NCBI GenBank assembly: GCA_951406725.2
Contig: OX597833.1
Coordinates: forward strand, 46,314,001 to 46,378,000
Source of the DNA: Octopus vulgaris
Lineage: Eukaryota
Reading direction: 5' to 3'
DNA length: 64,000 nt
Part shown: in pieces, positions 26,786-41,444 of the stretch
How the letters are laid out: every line of letters begins with the position of its first letter
Position numbering within the stretch: position 1 is the first letter of the stretch
The notes under the pieces: model-generated
What the model was told of the DNA's origin: nothing
The model's input: only the letters and a program-made list of their open reading frames with translations
Databases searched by the model: none
Translations under genes and position numbers: made by a program

Positions 26786-27174
26786 GGAATGGAAGCACTC
26801 CGTCGGTTACGACGACGAGGGTTCCGGTTGATCCGAATCAACGGAACAGCCTGCTCGTGAAATTAACGTGTAAGTGGCTGAGCACTCCACAGACACGTGT
26901 ACCCTTAACGTAGTTCTCGAGGATATTCAGCGTGACACAGAGAGTGACAAGGCCGGCCCTTTGAAATACAGGTACAACAGAAACAGGAAGTAAGAGCGAG
27001 AGAAAGTTGTGGTGAAAGAGTACAGCAGGGATCACCACCATCCCCTGCCGGAGCCTCGTGGAGCTTTAGGTGTTTTCGCTCAATAAACACTCACAACGCC
27101 CGGTCTGGGAATCGAAACCGCGATCCTATGACCGCGAGTCTGCTGCCCTAACCACTGGGCCATTGCGCCTCCAC
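26786..27174 (-). mobile_element. tRNA-derived SINE family D with 12-bp TSD
   Basis: Head GTGGAGGCGCAATGGCCCAGTGGTTAGGG; TSD AACAACAGGTAT at 26774-26785 and 27175-27186. Confidence 0.92.
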
Positions 27175-28095
27175 AACAACAGGTATAATGACTACGATAC
27201 AATCTATAACTTTCAAAATAATTAGTTCTTTATATATTTCCTTCAGACAAAATATAACTTGAGAAATTAAATATATAAAATATAAAATTGAACATTTTAG
27301 GGGAAACTGTAAGAAGGACGCAATGATATCATATTTTCGTCTTTTTAGTATTTTAATTTTTTTTGTAAATTTTTGCTGTTTTCATTTTCCGTGTTTTTAC
27401 TTTTTTTTTTTTTTTTTGTTTTTTTTGGGTTGGAGGTATGTTTTTGTTTTCCGGTTTTTGTTGTTAATATTTTTTAGTTTTATTTATTTATTTATCTCGT
27501 GCATGTTTCTTTTCTGCTTCACTTTCCGGTTAGCATCCGTAAGTCTATGAGATTTATTTAAACGTCCCCACCTCTAATCAAATCTATTTTACTACGCAGC
27601 AATGTAAGAGGCAAAAAAAAAAACAAAAAAAAAAAACAGGAGAGAAAGCAAGGAAAAGAAAAAAAGAATGAAAAAAAAAAGAAATAAAGATAGAAAGAAA
27701 GAAAACGTAAGGAAGGAAATAAAGGTACAAAGGAAGGAAAATGAAGTCATCCAGGTAATTCGGTGCAATTGATTCCAATTGACATCTGAAAAGTTTGTTA
27801 TTTTCCCGGCAAGTTGCAGTTGCATTCGCAACACAAAATAAATAGACAAATAATGATACGTTTGTTTGTTTCTTGTTTTTTTTTTCTTCCTTACTGTGTT
27901 TTTTTTTTGTTTTCTTTTTTTTTTTCTTTCCGACTATGCACAAGGTTAAAAGTGTAAAATGAGATTACAACAAGGGTGTGGTAGGGAAGAGAAGAGAAAA
28001 AGAAAGACTAAAGACTAAAAGACTAAAAGACTAAAGACACAGAGATGCAGTCGACTGAATGAAACAAAGAGTACATTAATTCACTGGTTGTGGGA

Positions 28096-28320
28096 ATCAT
28101 CATCATCATCATCATCATCTTCTTCTTTTTCTTCTTTTTCTTCTTCTTCTTCTTCTTCTTCTTCTTCTTCTTCTTCTTCTTCTTCTTCTTCTTCTTCTTC
28201 TTCTTCTTCTTCGTCTTCTTCTTCTTCGTCGTCGTCGTCGTCGTCGTCATCGTTGTCATCATCGTCGTCGTTATTGTTGCTGTTGTTATTGTTGTTGTTG
28301 TTGTTGTCATTATTATTATT
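28096..28320. repeat. Compound (ATC)(TTC)(GTC)(GTT) microsatellite
   Basis: Direct reading. Confidence 0.97.
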
Positions 28321-28731
28321 AAGGCAACGAACTAGCATAAACGTCAGCACACCGGGTGGCTGGGTGGCTGGACAATCGGACGGTCGGACCGACGGACGGA
28401 CGGACGGACGGACAAACTGACGAATGGATGGATGGATGGATGGATTGACGGACGGACAAACGGACAGATGAACGGACGGACGGACGGACGGTCGGACGTA
28501 TGGGCAGACCTCGCAGCTGTGTGATTTCGTGTTTGATTTCACTGCACATCACTTTGATCAAGCGTTTTCTACCACGGTATCCGATCGACCTAAGATGTGT
28601 ATAAGGAATTTGACGGAATGAAAGCCCAGTGGACAGAGTGTGCAAGTGTTCGTGGCTGATAAACATAAACCATCGTCACTAATTCTTTAGGTACCTTTAG
28701 TAGAGTGCGCTATATCTGATAAATTATGTTG

Positions 28732-28850
28732 CAAGCATTCTCACCAAGCATTTTCACCAAGTCTCACCGAATCTCTAGGTACAAGCATTCTCACCAAGTC
28801 TCACCAAGTCTCTAGGTGCAAGCATTCTCACCAAGTCTCACCAGGTCTCT
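28732..28850 (+). repeat. Minisatellite, about 38 bp x3
   Basis: CAAGCATTCTCACCAAGTCTCACCAAGTCTCTAGGT.. units. Confidence 0.9.
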
Positions 28851-29650
28851 TTTCTCATTCCAGCCAATCTGAGGCCCTAAAAATTATTATGTCCTTTGCT
28901 CATTTTCCTCAGACTAATCCATGGAAAAAGCAAAAACAAAAGTACTTTGTGCCAATCAACTGCTCTTTACAATAATTTATTCTAATTTACGCACAAAGCT
29001 AGTAATTTTGAAATGGGACTTAGCCGATTATTTCGGCCCCAGTACTTAACAGGCGCTCTAAAAATAGAGTACGCCGTTGGGATAAAACACAGAATTGGCC
29101 TCAATGGAATTCGAAATCAGAACGCAAAGAGTCGGCAACGACGCTCTAGTAATTCTGCTAGCTTACCAGCCGTTGTCGATTTTACAATGCTGCTAAGGCT
29201 AAACCTATGTTGAAATGCCTCCATAGCTTACTCTGCTGTCTGAAACAAAAATGAAATTGTCCATTTTAACTAACCATCTTAATTCAATTTAGAAGTCACT
29301 CTTAGTATTTTAAAATTATCTGCCCTTTTCCTTCAGGGTCGCTAGCAATCATCTCTAAAATGTTGTCTTCCTTCTTTTTCTACTAAAGAACATTGCAAGA
29401 AATTAAGACTCTGTCGTGAAGGACATTTAGTACACAACCTGTCGAGTTTATAAATGTAGGAGTGTGCATGCGCGCGCATGCGTGTACCTGTTAACGAATG
29501 GATAGAATGTACTCGAGCTGGATCAAACTCAAAATGTTGTGGGTATCTATATATGTGTGTATGTAATTAATAAATCATAGGGTAGGAAAAAAAATTAGAG
29601 AAATTCTTTGCTACCAGCGAGAAGAAAAAACTAGTCAATAGACTATATAT

Positions 29651-29910
29651 CATTCATATAAAAATACAGTGTACATTTAAACACATAAGAGATGGCCATA
29701 ACAGGACATCTGACTCGCTAGAAAGAGTAGTTAAACTACAAACCACTAATTAGTTGAAATTTCGAAAGGGAATGAAAAATAAACATTTATTTTTCTCGAA
29801 ATTACAACTAATTAGTGGTTTGTAGTTTAACTACTCTTTCTAGCGAGTCAGATGTCCTGTTATGGCCATCTCTTATGTGTTTAAATGTACAATGTATTTT
29901 TATATGTATG
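29651..29910. repeat. Near-perfect inverted repeat, 115-bp arms with 30-bp spacer
   Basis: 29651-29765 is the reverse complement of 29796-29910 with about 3 mismatches. Confidence 0.95.
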
Positions 29911-30750
29911 TGTGTAGATAGACAGACAAACAGACACACATGCTTGCATACATACATGCATGTGTGTATGCATGCATAGCCGAACAAATATACATACGCA
30001 TCACCAGTTCCAAATATACAGAGAAGCGGAGTGGTTCAACTATAATTTATGCTGGCCGTTAATTTTATTGATCTTGAAAGAATGAAAGGTGAAGTCAAAG
30101 ACGAAAGTGCTGACATATGCCAACATATAATATAAACAGTCACAATTAATTATGCCAAGACATTGCATCCGGTGCCCTACTGTTTATGCTACGACAGTAT
30201 CCTTCACAATTTATTGAGATAAAATTAGGATAATTATAAAAGATATATGAATTAAAAGCTGAGCTGTGACTCAAGTGAGTAGACCTGTTGGCTTGCATCA
30301 CGCCTCCGCTAATTATTTAAGGTGCCTTTGTAGGCGGGAGCAGACATAGACATCCTTTAGGCCCTGTCACATTTGGTCCATCGGAATATCAAAGATGTGG
30401 CTGCTGGAGGAAGCAGAGAGGGATGCGCCAGTAGTTGGCTGATACTTATTTGTAGGTGGATAGACTGGAGAAATTTGAAATGGTGTAACTCGCTCAAAGT
30501 GTCACAATGCATCGCCCGGTCCAGAAATCGAACGCACAACCTCACGATCGTGAGGCCGATATCCTGATCGCAAGAACATACGCCTTTTAAGTGAATTAAA
30601 ACAAAATAATATGTGAGAAGATTAAAAAAAATGAAGACGCGCGAATCCACACTCGTAAACACGCATATACATACACACATGTACTCACGCCGATATGTGT
30701 GTGTGAGAGAGAGAAAGAGTGTGTTTCTTTGAGTGTGAGTTCATGTTCGG

Positions 30751-30809
<59 letters not shown>

Positions 30810-31055
30810 TGTATGTGTGTGTGTGTGTATATTTACGTCTCTTCATTTTTCATTATCCCTTCTTTTTATATAGGTTATATCAGAAGGAGAGAAACAGCAA
30901 AAGTATCAAGGATAGGGACAGTATCGGGAAGCATAGAGCCTTGTCTTGTAGTCATCTTTGCAGTATAGTAGAGCAGACGATAAGCACGAAAGGGATATGC
31001 AACGACATGTGGTCAGATGGGGATTAGGGTCTGGATGAATGTGCAGCTGCTGCTG

Positions 31056-31430
31056 TTGCTGTTGCTGTTGAGCGAAGCGGTCTTCGTCCCAGTAGTGGGA
31101 GAAGTCCGAAAAGTGGTCCTTTGCTATTTGTAAGACCCGCAGAAGAGAAAGCAGGTCAACCCCCGACACCGAGAGCATCGACGGATGGATGAATGCGCAT
31201 CCAGGCTCAGCGGTTGTGTAGGAAGTCGGGGACAAGAAGCAGGAAGAAAGAGTGAGAGAAAGTTGGGGCGAAAGAGTACAACAGGGGTCGCCACCCCACC
31301 CTGCCGGAGCATCGTGGAGATTTAGGTGTTTTCGCTCAATAAACACACACAACGCCCGGTCTGGGAATCGAAACCGCGATCCTTCGACCGCGAGTCCGCT
31401 GCCCTAACCACTGGGCCATTGCACCTCCAC
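31056..31430 (-). mobile_element. SINE with family D head, different 3' half and 14-bp TSD
   Basis: TSD TGCAGCTGCTGCTG at 31042-31055 and 31431-31444; (CAACAG)n tail. Confidence 0.9.
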
Positions 31431-31974
31431 TGCAGCTGCTGCTGACTCATCACCACCTCACTGAAGACCCCAAAGCTATCCTGAAGCTATCTATATCTCA
31501 TTGTGAGAGGGGAAAGTTAATCACTCAGATGGTGGTGTATGTTGAAAGGCCCAGTTTCTACACCTATTCAAGCATGAACTACTTATGGACATTCTACGCT
31601 AAAATTGTTGAGAAAGCAGAGGCGAAAAATAGAAGACAACAGATACAGCAACAACAAAAACTGGCCCCAGAAACCAATCTTTCCATACCCTCCCCGGTCG
31701 CAACTCGCAAGATTTCGGAAGAAATTGTTTCGCCATCACTGGTAGACGCCAGTGACCGGAGTGAACACAGTAAAGGTGAAGGGTTCTTTCTTCAAGCAAA
31801 GGGCCGGACAGGGACTAAAAGCTGTTGCCCCAACTCTGATTATTGACTTGCAACAATGACGAATGGAGAGGGATGCAAAATTGTGGGATCCAAAAAGTAA
31901 AATAAGGGTCCACTAATGACTATCCGAGGATTGCATCTGTAGAGGTATGAAGACCACACACACACACACACAAA

Positions 31975-32013
<39 letters not shown>

Positions 32014-32295
32014 ACAAGAACATATGCATACACTGACGTATTTACATATATGTGTGTGGGTCTATATTAAAATCCTGCTTTCCTACTTTGTGTGATGTAA
32101 TCATCAATCCTCCATTCGCCTGCTCTCATATTTGCTAGACATGGCTGTCAGAGAATAAATTAATTTAAATAAATAACGACATTAAATAAATAACGACACA
32201 TGTACTGTAAAGCACAACTACCTCTCTCTCTCTCTCTCTCTCTCTCACTGTTCCTTTCTCTCTTTCTGTCTATGTGTGTATATATATATATATAT

Positions 32296-32352
<57 letters not shown>

Positions 32353-32403
32353 AATAATAAATATATTATATATATATAATATTTATTATTTATTATATAT
32401 ATG

Positions 32404-32440
<37 letters not shown>

Positions 32441-32501
32441 AATAATAAATATTATATATATATAATATATTATATATATATAATATTTATTATTTATTAT
32501 A

Positions 32502-32541
<40 letters not shown>

Positions 32542-32559
32542 ACATATATATAATAAATG

Positions 32560-32822
<263 letters not shown>

Positions 32823-32853
32823 TATATATATATATGTATGTATGTATATATGT

Positions 32854-32975
<122 letters not shown>

Positions 32976-33172
32976 TATGGCGAGAGAGATAGGGTCAAAG
33001 ATGGAGAAAGTATAAATAAGATACACAATGTCTACTGATCCCGGAAGCATAAGTGTCGGAAGTAAAATAGGCAGCCCAAAGCTAGGGGAAGAATTGGGAG
33101 CGATTGAGTGCCAAGAATGATAGGGAGAGCAGGCGGGAGAGACAGACAGACAGACAACAGAGATAGACAGAC

Positions 33173-33209
<37 letters not shown>

Positions 33210-33423
33210 AAGAGATAGATTGAAATAGGGACGGCTACATAAATGGTTATCATAAATGTAACCCAGTACACTTACCAAGTAAATTGACTGTTCCACCATT
33301 GAGACCTGTCACACGCACTTTTACAAATGTACGTACGTTTACTTTTACATTCCGAAACAAATTTTCACAGATTCTTCAATGCAGGTCTGTGCTTTTCGTT
33401 TGTCAGATTGTTTATTGCTTGAG

Positions 33424-33458
<35 letters not shown>

Positions 33459-33539
33459 CTATGTGCGTGCGTGCTTATATGCAAATATGTATGTACATAT
33501 GAGTGTGTGTGTATATATATATATGCATGTATATATGCA

Positions 33540-33612
<73 letters not shown>

Positions 33613-33689
33613 ATATGTGAGTGTGTGTGTGAATAAATTGTCTTCTAGATCACGCATTTATGAAAATAACACTGAAATCTCATTTTAAC

Positions 33690-34290
33690 AGATATGTTTA
33701 CTAAAATTACAAAATATCTTGAAATACTAAAGAGTAAATTTATTCAATAAAATCGCCATTCGCTTCAACCACGGCCTCCAGACGACTTTGAAATCTCCAG
33801 CATCTCTTCTGGACGGTCTCCTTGCTGCCATAATCTTTGCTTCAGTCTATTTTGGGTGTTACAAGGAGTTTTGTTGGTCTCCCGCTCAACTGCGCCTCAC
33901 ACATAATAATCAAGGCGGTTGCAGTCTGAGGACTTAAGTGACCAGATGTTTGGGGTGATGTGGTCGCAGAAATTGTCTGACAGCCAAGACTGGGTTCTTC
34001 TGTTTGAGTGGTATGGTGCATATTCCTCTTGCCAGATATAGGGTCTTTCAGCAACCACCCTCTTGACGCAAGGCAGCACTACTTCCTCCAGGCACTTGAT
34101 GTAGGCCTCCGTGTTGAGTCTGAGGCCGTATGGGAAGATGAATAGAGGTATAACGTCGCCATAACTACTGATCAGTCTAAACACCATGATGTTGACTGGA
34201 TGTTTGATTTTTATCACTCTTGGTACATGTTTTGGGGACATAGCAAGCCAACGCTTGTTCTATGTGTTTACCATCTGATCCTAGCAGAAA
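33690..34290 (-). pseudogene. DD37D (maT-type) Tc1/mariner transposase fragment
   Basis: KHPVNIMVF...PYIWQEEYAPYH...WSLKSSDCNRLDYYV; 37 residues between the degenerate second and the third catalytic positions. Confidence 0.85.
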
Positions 34291-34734
34291 TTTTGTCACA
34301 CATGTTCTTCTCACAATTGGTCCACTTGAGTTTACAGGGGAAAACCATTACCCAAAGTACCGGATTGTTTGATCGCATTTCTCGAATCACGTGGTTAGGG
34401 AGCAAACTTCTTTATCAAACCGCTCTGCACCAATGTCCATGAGAATTTAAAAGATAAGCTGCTCACAATTGGGACCCCATTGATGATAGATTTGTCTGGT
34501 CAGGGTTGATTTGAAGCTAAACATCAACATTATCTTCCTCAGAAATATCGTCAATAACAAAGCATCTACAAGACCGCTCGACCTAGTTATGCATTGCAGA
34601 CAAATCTCCTCAGTGTATAACCTGGCTGTTTTAGAAAAGAAGGACACGTCGGATAAAGCAGTTCTAAGTTCACTAATTCTATGAAAAAGACTTTATTGTC
34701 ATGTTTGCAATACATACCAATACTTACATCTAAA

Positions 34735-34873
34735 GCAGAAGTTTTAGCGGGACCCTTAAAATACTATTGTGGACCCCGAGTTTACTATTTTGTTGCGTGG
34801 ATACCCATCCTTAACTCCAAAATCTTATATGGATCCTCATGGGGGCGCATATGGACCCTGGTTCGGAACCACT
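34735..34873. mobile_element. Possible hAT-like MITE
   Basis: Ends GGTTCGGAACCACTG with internal GGACCC motifs. Confidence 0.4.
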
Positions 34874-34991
34874 GAGAATCCTTCAAGTCAGTGTTTCAAT
34901 ATGATTGCAATAATAACGAAAACAAGTAAAAGAGAAAAACAGAAAAAGATAAGCCTATCTAGCGCTCACGTTATATATACATATATACTCC

Positions 34992-35051
<60 letters not shown>

Positions 35052-35054
<3 letters not shown>

Positions 35055-35211
35055 CGTGACTGTGTGGTAAGAAGCTTACTTCCCAACCACGTGGTTCTGG
35101 GTTTAGTCCCATTGCGTGGCACCTTGGGCAAGTGTCTTTGTCTTATAGCCTCGGGCCGACTCAAAGCCTTGTAAATGTATTTGGTAGACGGAAACTGAAA
35201 GAAGACTGTCG

Positions 35212-35243
<32 letters not shown>

Positions 35244-35462
35244 TGTATGTATGTATGTGTATGTTTGTCTTTGTGTCTGTGTTACCCCCCCATCCTCACC
35301 ATTCCGTAACTTGGCGATTCGGCCAAAGTTTCCGATAGAATAAGTACTAGGCTTTATAAAAATAAGTCCAGGGATCGATTTGTTTCGCTAAAGCACGGTC
35401 AAGACGGTGCTCCAGTATGGCCTCAGTAAACCAAAAAAAAAATAACTGAAACGGTGAAAAGA
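35052..35462 (+). mobile_element. SINE family A
   Basis: Match to family A head, core and tail. Confidence 0.87.
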
Positions 35463-35984
35463 ATATCTTTCACTCGAGTGTCAGGTGTGTGACTCAGCTA
35501 TTCGAATGGCAGTTTGACCTCAAACATTTTTTCCTTCCCTCTCCATGTTCCAATGATCAATAATACGTCATCACCGTTCAATCTGACACGATCAAATAAT
35601 ACCCCCACCCCACCACTAACCCCACCACCTCCACCTCCACCACCACCACCACCATTTTATATTTAAGAATTTACTTTAAGATTCCTTAAAAATTCTTTCA
35701 ATGGAATGTGTCCTGTGTTGGGTCCCGTACATCGTTGCTGTTGTTGGTGGTGGTGTGGTTGTTTGTTGTAGTTGCTTGCTTGCTGTCGTGTTGCCCATGT
35801 TCAACCCTGATCGAGAAAAAAATACTTATGATCAAAGACATTCCAGCCATGACCGTCACATTCATACTTCAAACTTTGCATATTTTCTGCTTTGCTTTTG
35901 TTTTGTAATTTTTATTGCTCTGTCTCTAAATGACAGACTTAACTGCTATTTGTAGCAGATCGAGCGACCACATAGAAACTCTCC

Positions 35985-36143
<159 letters not shown>

Positions 36144-36562
36144 CTCGTTGTTGTTTTGCTGTTGTTGCTCTTGTTATTGTTGTTTTTTGTTGGTCAGCCC
36201 TGATTGAATATAATTACGACCCAAGGCAATCCAGTTGCGACCATCACGTTTTTTCCCCTATATACAGGCAATCCAGTACCACATTCTATCACATGATATT
36301 TTTTCCAAGACAAAAGTTATGTAATTTGTAGGAGATGTAGCTGCTATTTTTTGCAAGCCGGCCACATAAGGACTCTCACATAAGGACTCTCGTGTTGGCT
36401 AGTCATGTGCTACTGTTGTTATTGTAATAGTCTTTTTGTTTTTTGTAATGTTTGCTTTTTTTATTAGTTTTTTTTTAAATCTGAAACCGCAACGAAGACT
36501 TGACCGTTCGATATATTTGCACTGCTTGTCCTGTCCTTCTTCGCATTCTGCCTGTCTGTTTG

Positions 36563-36678
<116 letters not shown>

Positions 36679-36694
36679 ACTATGTCTATCTATA

Positions 36695-36752
<58 letters not shown>

Positions 36753-36753
36753 A

Positions 36754-36835
<82 letters not shown>

Positions 36836-37063
36836 CTCTATCTAACGATCTATCTATCTACCTATCTATCTCTCTATCTATCAATCTACCCCCACCTTTC
36901 TTCCCGCCCTTTCTTTTAGCTAAAAGGAGAGGTCATTTAAGTAAAGGTCAATCGTTATTCGTAACTCTACCAACTTTCTTCTTTCTCTTCCTCCCTTTCT
37001 TTGGTTGCAACGTAAAAGGTTTTTTTAAATCGATAACGTTATTCCGTCATTCGTCTTTCCAAG

Positions 37064-37132
37064 GACCCTGCACTGTACTGACGAGGGCAGCGCGTGGCCT
37101 ACAGGTGGTGGTGGTCGTCGTGGAATTTACAG
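37064..37132 (+). other. Candidate 69-nt exon
   Basis: Acceptor cattcgtctttccaag, donor cag|gtaagg, GC-rich, length divisible by 3; two frames open, no product recognised. Confidence 0.3.
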
Positions 37133-37491
37133 GTAAGGATCGTCATCTTCCCTCCTCCCCTTTCGTCTTCCGCCCATAGTGTAAAACCATTACATAAATC
37201 ATTACTTTGTAAGGTCAATGAGGTTGGTGACGCTGTTGTTGTTATTGTTGGTGGTGGTGGTGGTGGTGACGACGATGGTGGTGTTAATGATGGTGGTGAT
37301 GGTGATGGTGATGGTGACGGCTGTGTTGATGGTAGTGATAATCATGAAGTTTTGTTTGTTTATCCCCCGCAAACTCAGCATCGTCCGAGCAAAGTTATGA
37401 TCAAAAGAATTCCAACCGTGACCATCCTGTCTTTTTTTTCTTTTTTACAATATCCAAGGGAATCTACAGATACATTTTAGCCAATGTGATC

Positions 37492-37554
<63 letters not shown>

Positions 37555-38111
37555 AGAAATTAAAAAAGGTGGTATGGGGATTCCTCTGCAATTTCTAGCC
37601 GGTCAGACGACCATGTAAGGTCTCCAAGGGTGTCAGTGATAAGCGATGAGGGTGGTTGTGGTGGTAGTGGTGACAGATGTGGTAGCGGCGGCGGCAACGG
37701 CGTTGACGGTTGTAGTGAAGATGGCGATGATAGTGGTGGTAGTATAGAAGTGGTGGTGGTGGTGGTGGTTATGGCGGCGGCGGCGGTGGCGGTGGTGGTG
37801 ATGGAGGTGGATTTGGTGGTGGTGGTGGTGGTGGTGATGGTGGTGATAGTGGTGGTGATGGTGGCGGTGAGGGCGGCGTACGAACTACGGAAGTTCCTTG
37901 TGACGTCAGTGACATACAAACCAAACTAAATCAAACCCAAAGTGTACTGATGTGGACAATGATTGAACCGGAACCACGTAGTCCTGCTGCTGCTGTTGTT
38001 GTTGTTTTTAATGACACAAAATGTCGTTCATCTTTGAAACATTGTACCAACACATATATAGGCGAGATGAGTGAGAAAGTAGAGATTTAATGAGAGCGAG
38101 AGGAGAAATTA

Positions 38112-38196
<85 letters not shown>

Positions 38197-38549
38197 GTCA
38201 AAGACAGAGACAGACAGAAAGTGAAAGTAGGGAGAAAAGGAGGAGGAAGAAGAAGAAGAAGAAGAAGAAGAAGAAGAAGAAGAAAAAGAAAAAGAAGAAG
38301 AAGAAGAAGAAGAAGAAGAAGAAGAAGAAGAAGAAGAAGAAGAAGAAGAAGAAGAAGAAGAAGAAGAAGAAGGGGAGGAGGAGGGAAAAATCCGGTGAGA
38401 AACATTCTGAGGGAAAAGGGTTAAAAAGAACGAGAGAGAGACGTTAGGGGAGAGAGAGATAGAAAGAGTGATAGGGGCCATGAAGAGGGAGACGACAAAA
38501 CAACTCACAACGAACCCCAATAACCGTGTGAATCATTCTTACGCAAAAA

Positions 38550-38592
<43 letters not shown>

Positions 38593-39269
38593 AAATTCGT
38601 AGAGAGAAAGAAAGAGAATGAGTGGAAGAGTGAATGAGCGTGTTTGGAAGTATGGTATGTTTAATCGTATCTGAAATGACTCGAGGTGATGTTTAATGAT
38701 TTACGGGCAGATAAAATATTTACAACAAGCAAGACAAATTTATTTTGTAGAGGTGAAAAAAAAAAAAGCCACAGCGAAAAAACAAAAACTAAAACTACGA
38801 CTTCTTGAAAAATACCGAACGTTAATGTTATAAGCTAAATGTTCAAAGTTTAATGCTCTAAAGTAAACCTTTCTGTTGACACCAGAGATAAGGGGTTTTA
38901 TTAATCCTTTTCGTTAAGTCTTACAGATAATAGATAGAAAGGACGAAAGTGGCAACGTCGCCAAAATTGGTCTTCATTAAATATTGTAAGGTCGATGCTA
39001 ATATAATGTACTTAATTAAGAGAAGCTTAATGTAATGAAATTTAATTCTATTAAAATTTCAAGTCAGATTAAAATAATTAATTAAACTGACTTGGCTCAC
39101 TACATTGTTAGTATCGATCTTACCATCAGGTTTTCTACTTCAGTACATCATTAAATATGGCGAGCAGTATCAGTGGAAATTCGACTGTTATTTTTAAAAT
39201 TATAGGATTGTTAGAAGTTCATGGAAATTGGAAAAAAACGAACTTTTTCTTTTTTGTATTCGTATTTCC

Positions 39270-39478
39270 TTTGAAACCTAAGCTCCACGCGGTCCCGGCA
39301 GAAGGTGATGGCGAACTTCTGCTGACTCTTTCGCCACAACTTTCTCTCACTCTTTCCTCCTGCCTCTTGCAGTTCACCTGCGACGGACCGGCGTCCCGTC
39401 TAGGTGGGAAACCTATACGCCAAGGAAACCGGGAAACCGGCCCTAAATAAGCCAGGCATAGCCCGAGAAGGAACAAAC
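39270..39478 (+). mobile_element. Chimeric SINE (family D middle with family C-like 3' end)
   Basis: AAGCTCCACG...CCACAACTTTCTCTCACTC followed by GAAACCGGGAAACCGG.CC. Confidence 0.7.
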
Positions 39479-39671
39479 GAATTCTTTTGAAGCGTTTGAT
39501 TCTAGGGATGTCATATTGTCACCACAGCTTTCTACAATTTCAGAGTAGCCTGTCTCTCTTCCAGTTAGCAAACAGTTATGTGGTTCATTGTAAAACAAAA
39601 TACCAACACCAATATCTTTATGTTCGGCAACAGAATCAACCAGAGCAAGTAAGACCGAGAGCTCTGAGAAG

Positions 39672-39672
<1 letters not shown>

Positions 39673-39742
<70 letters not shown>

Positions 39743-39900
39743 TGATGATAATGATGATGATAATAATGATGATAATAATGATGATAATAATGATAATAAT
39801 AATGATGATAATAATGATGATAATAATGATGATAATAATGATGATAATAATGATGATAATAATAATGATAATAATAATGATAATAATAATGATAATAATA

Positions 39901-39963
<63 letters not shown>
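39673..39963. repeat. (AAT)n/(GAT)n microsatellite
   Basis: Direct reading. Confidence 0.98.
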
Positions 39964-39965
<2 letters not shown>

Positions 39966-40081
39966 AAATGAACGAACTATTGAGTTTGGTTTAATGGCCT
40001 ACCAATGTATACTATGCATTTCTTTGCCCTAGGAGTCGGGAAGACACTCGGCAGAAGAAAAAAAAAGTAATAATAATAATG

Positions 40082-40120
<39 letters not shown>

Positions 40121-40177
40121 TAATAATAATAATAAAAATAATAATTATTATTATTATTATTCTGCTCAATCAGCAAA

Positions 40178-40661
40178 TATTCTGTTCAATTGGTATAAAA
40201 GATGGGCTACAGCAAATACTCTGCTCAATACCACAGATTTGCTTGTCAGTTGTTTGACCTTAACCAGTTGAGCATGTCTCTTAGTGGCTGACGATATGTG
40301 CATCTCTGATCACGAGCAGAAGTAGTGGGGGAGCATCATAGCCATGTGTTGAGAGGGATTCTTTGGGGTTTTAATAATTCACCTATGGAAACATGGGTGG
40401 TTCTTTCAACATTCTTAAACAACCCTTATTCAGGGACCTTTTGAGCGGGATGGGCTACTCAACCTGAAGAAAATTCTAACTGAGCCCCACCTGCAAGGTC
40501 ATGTGCTGTTTATCTTGATATGAGATCACCATGTCGCGCACATATGGTTGTGATGCATGTGCCTGGTGTACCCTTATCAGACGGGTAGTCATGATGGGTA
40601 TATTGGGCTTCGTATATTTTACCCCAGTGTCACTTTGATGGCATGAACTGCTCTCTCACTC

Positions 40662-40711
<50 letters not shown>

Positions 40712-40722
40712 TAATAATAATA
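40178..40722 (+). mobile_element. Probable 3' end of a non-LTR retrotransposon with (AAT)n tail
   Basis: About 480 bp of non-simple sequence ending CTCTCTCACTC(AAT)n and lying between AAT arrays. R4/Dong elements target TAA repeats, but the clade is not established here. Confidence 0.5.
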
Positions 40723-40724
40723 AT

Positions 40725-41090
40725 TTTCTTTACTACCCACAAGGGGCTAAACACAGAGGGGACAAACAAGGACAGACAAACGGATTAAGTCGATTACATC
40801 GACCCCAGTGCGTAACTGGTACTTAATTTATCGACCCTGAAAGGATGAAAGGCAAAATCGACCTCGGCGGAATTTGAACTCAGAACGTAACCACAGACGA
40901 AATACGGCAACGCATTTCGCCCCTTTCTACTAAAGGCACAATGCCTGGAATTTGTGGGAGGGGATAGTCGATTACATTGACCACCCCCACCCCCAAGCAC
41001 TTCACTGCTACTTAATTTATCGATCCCGAAAGGAATAAAGGCAAGGTCGTCCACGGCGGAATTTGAACTCAGAACGTTAAGATGGACGAA
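40725..41090 (-). mobile_element. SINE family B dimer
   Basis: Two cores in reverse orientation. Confidence 0.87.
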
Positions 41091-41104
41091 ATAATAATAA
41101 TAAT

Positions 41105-41176
<72 letters not shown>

Positions 41177-41357
41177 TATATAATAATAATAATAAGCGCC
41201 GAAAATACCTCTAAAATTAAATTCTAAACTATAGATTCTAAAAAACATCAATAATTAAGTAAAAAAAATAACTAAAAATATCATTAAAACTAACCTCTGT
41301 CTTAATCGCAAACATTGAGCTTGTTTATCCTCGAACAAAGGCAAGACTTTCAACGGA

Positions 41358-41444
<87 letters not shown>

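Noticed and set aside
28732-28850. CRISPR-like periodicity
   Set aside because: No unique spacers and a eukaryotic context; it is a minisatellite.
31500-31936. - strand acceptor at 31937
   Set aside because: All three frames stop quickly and there is no clear donor.
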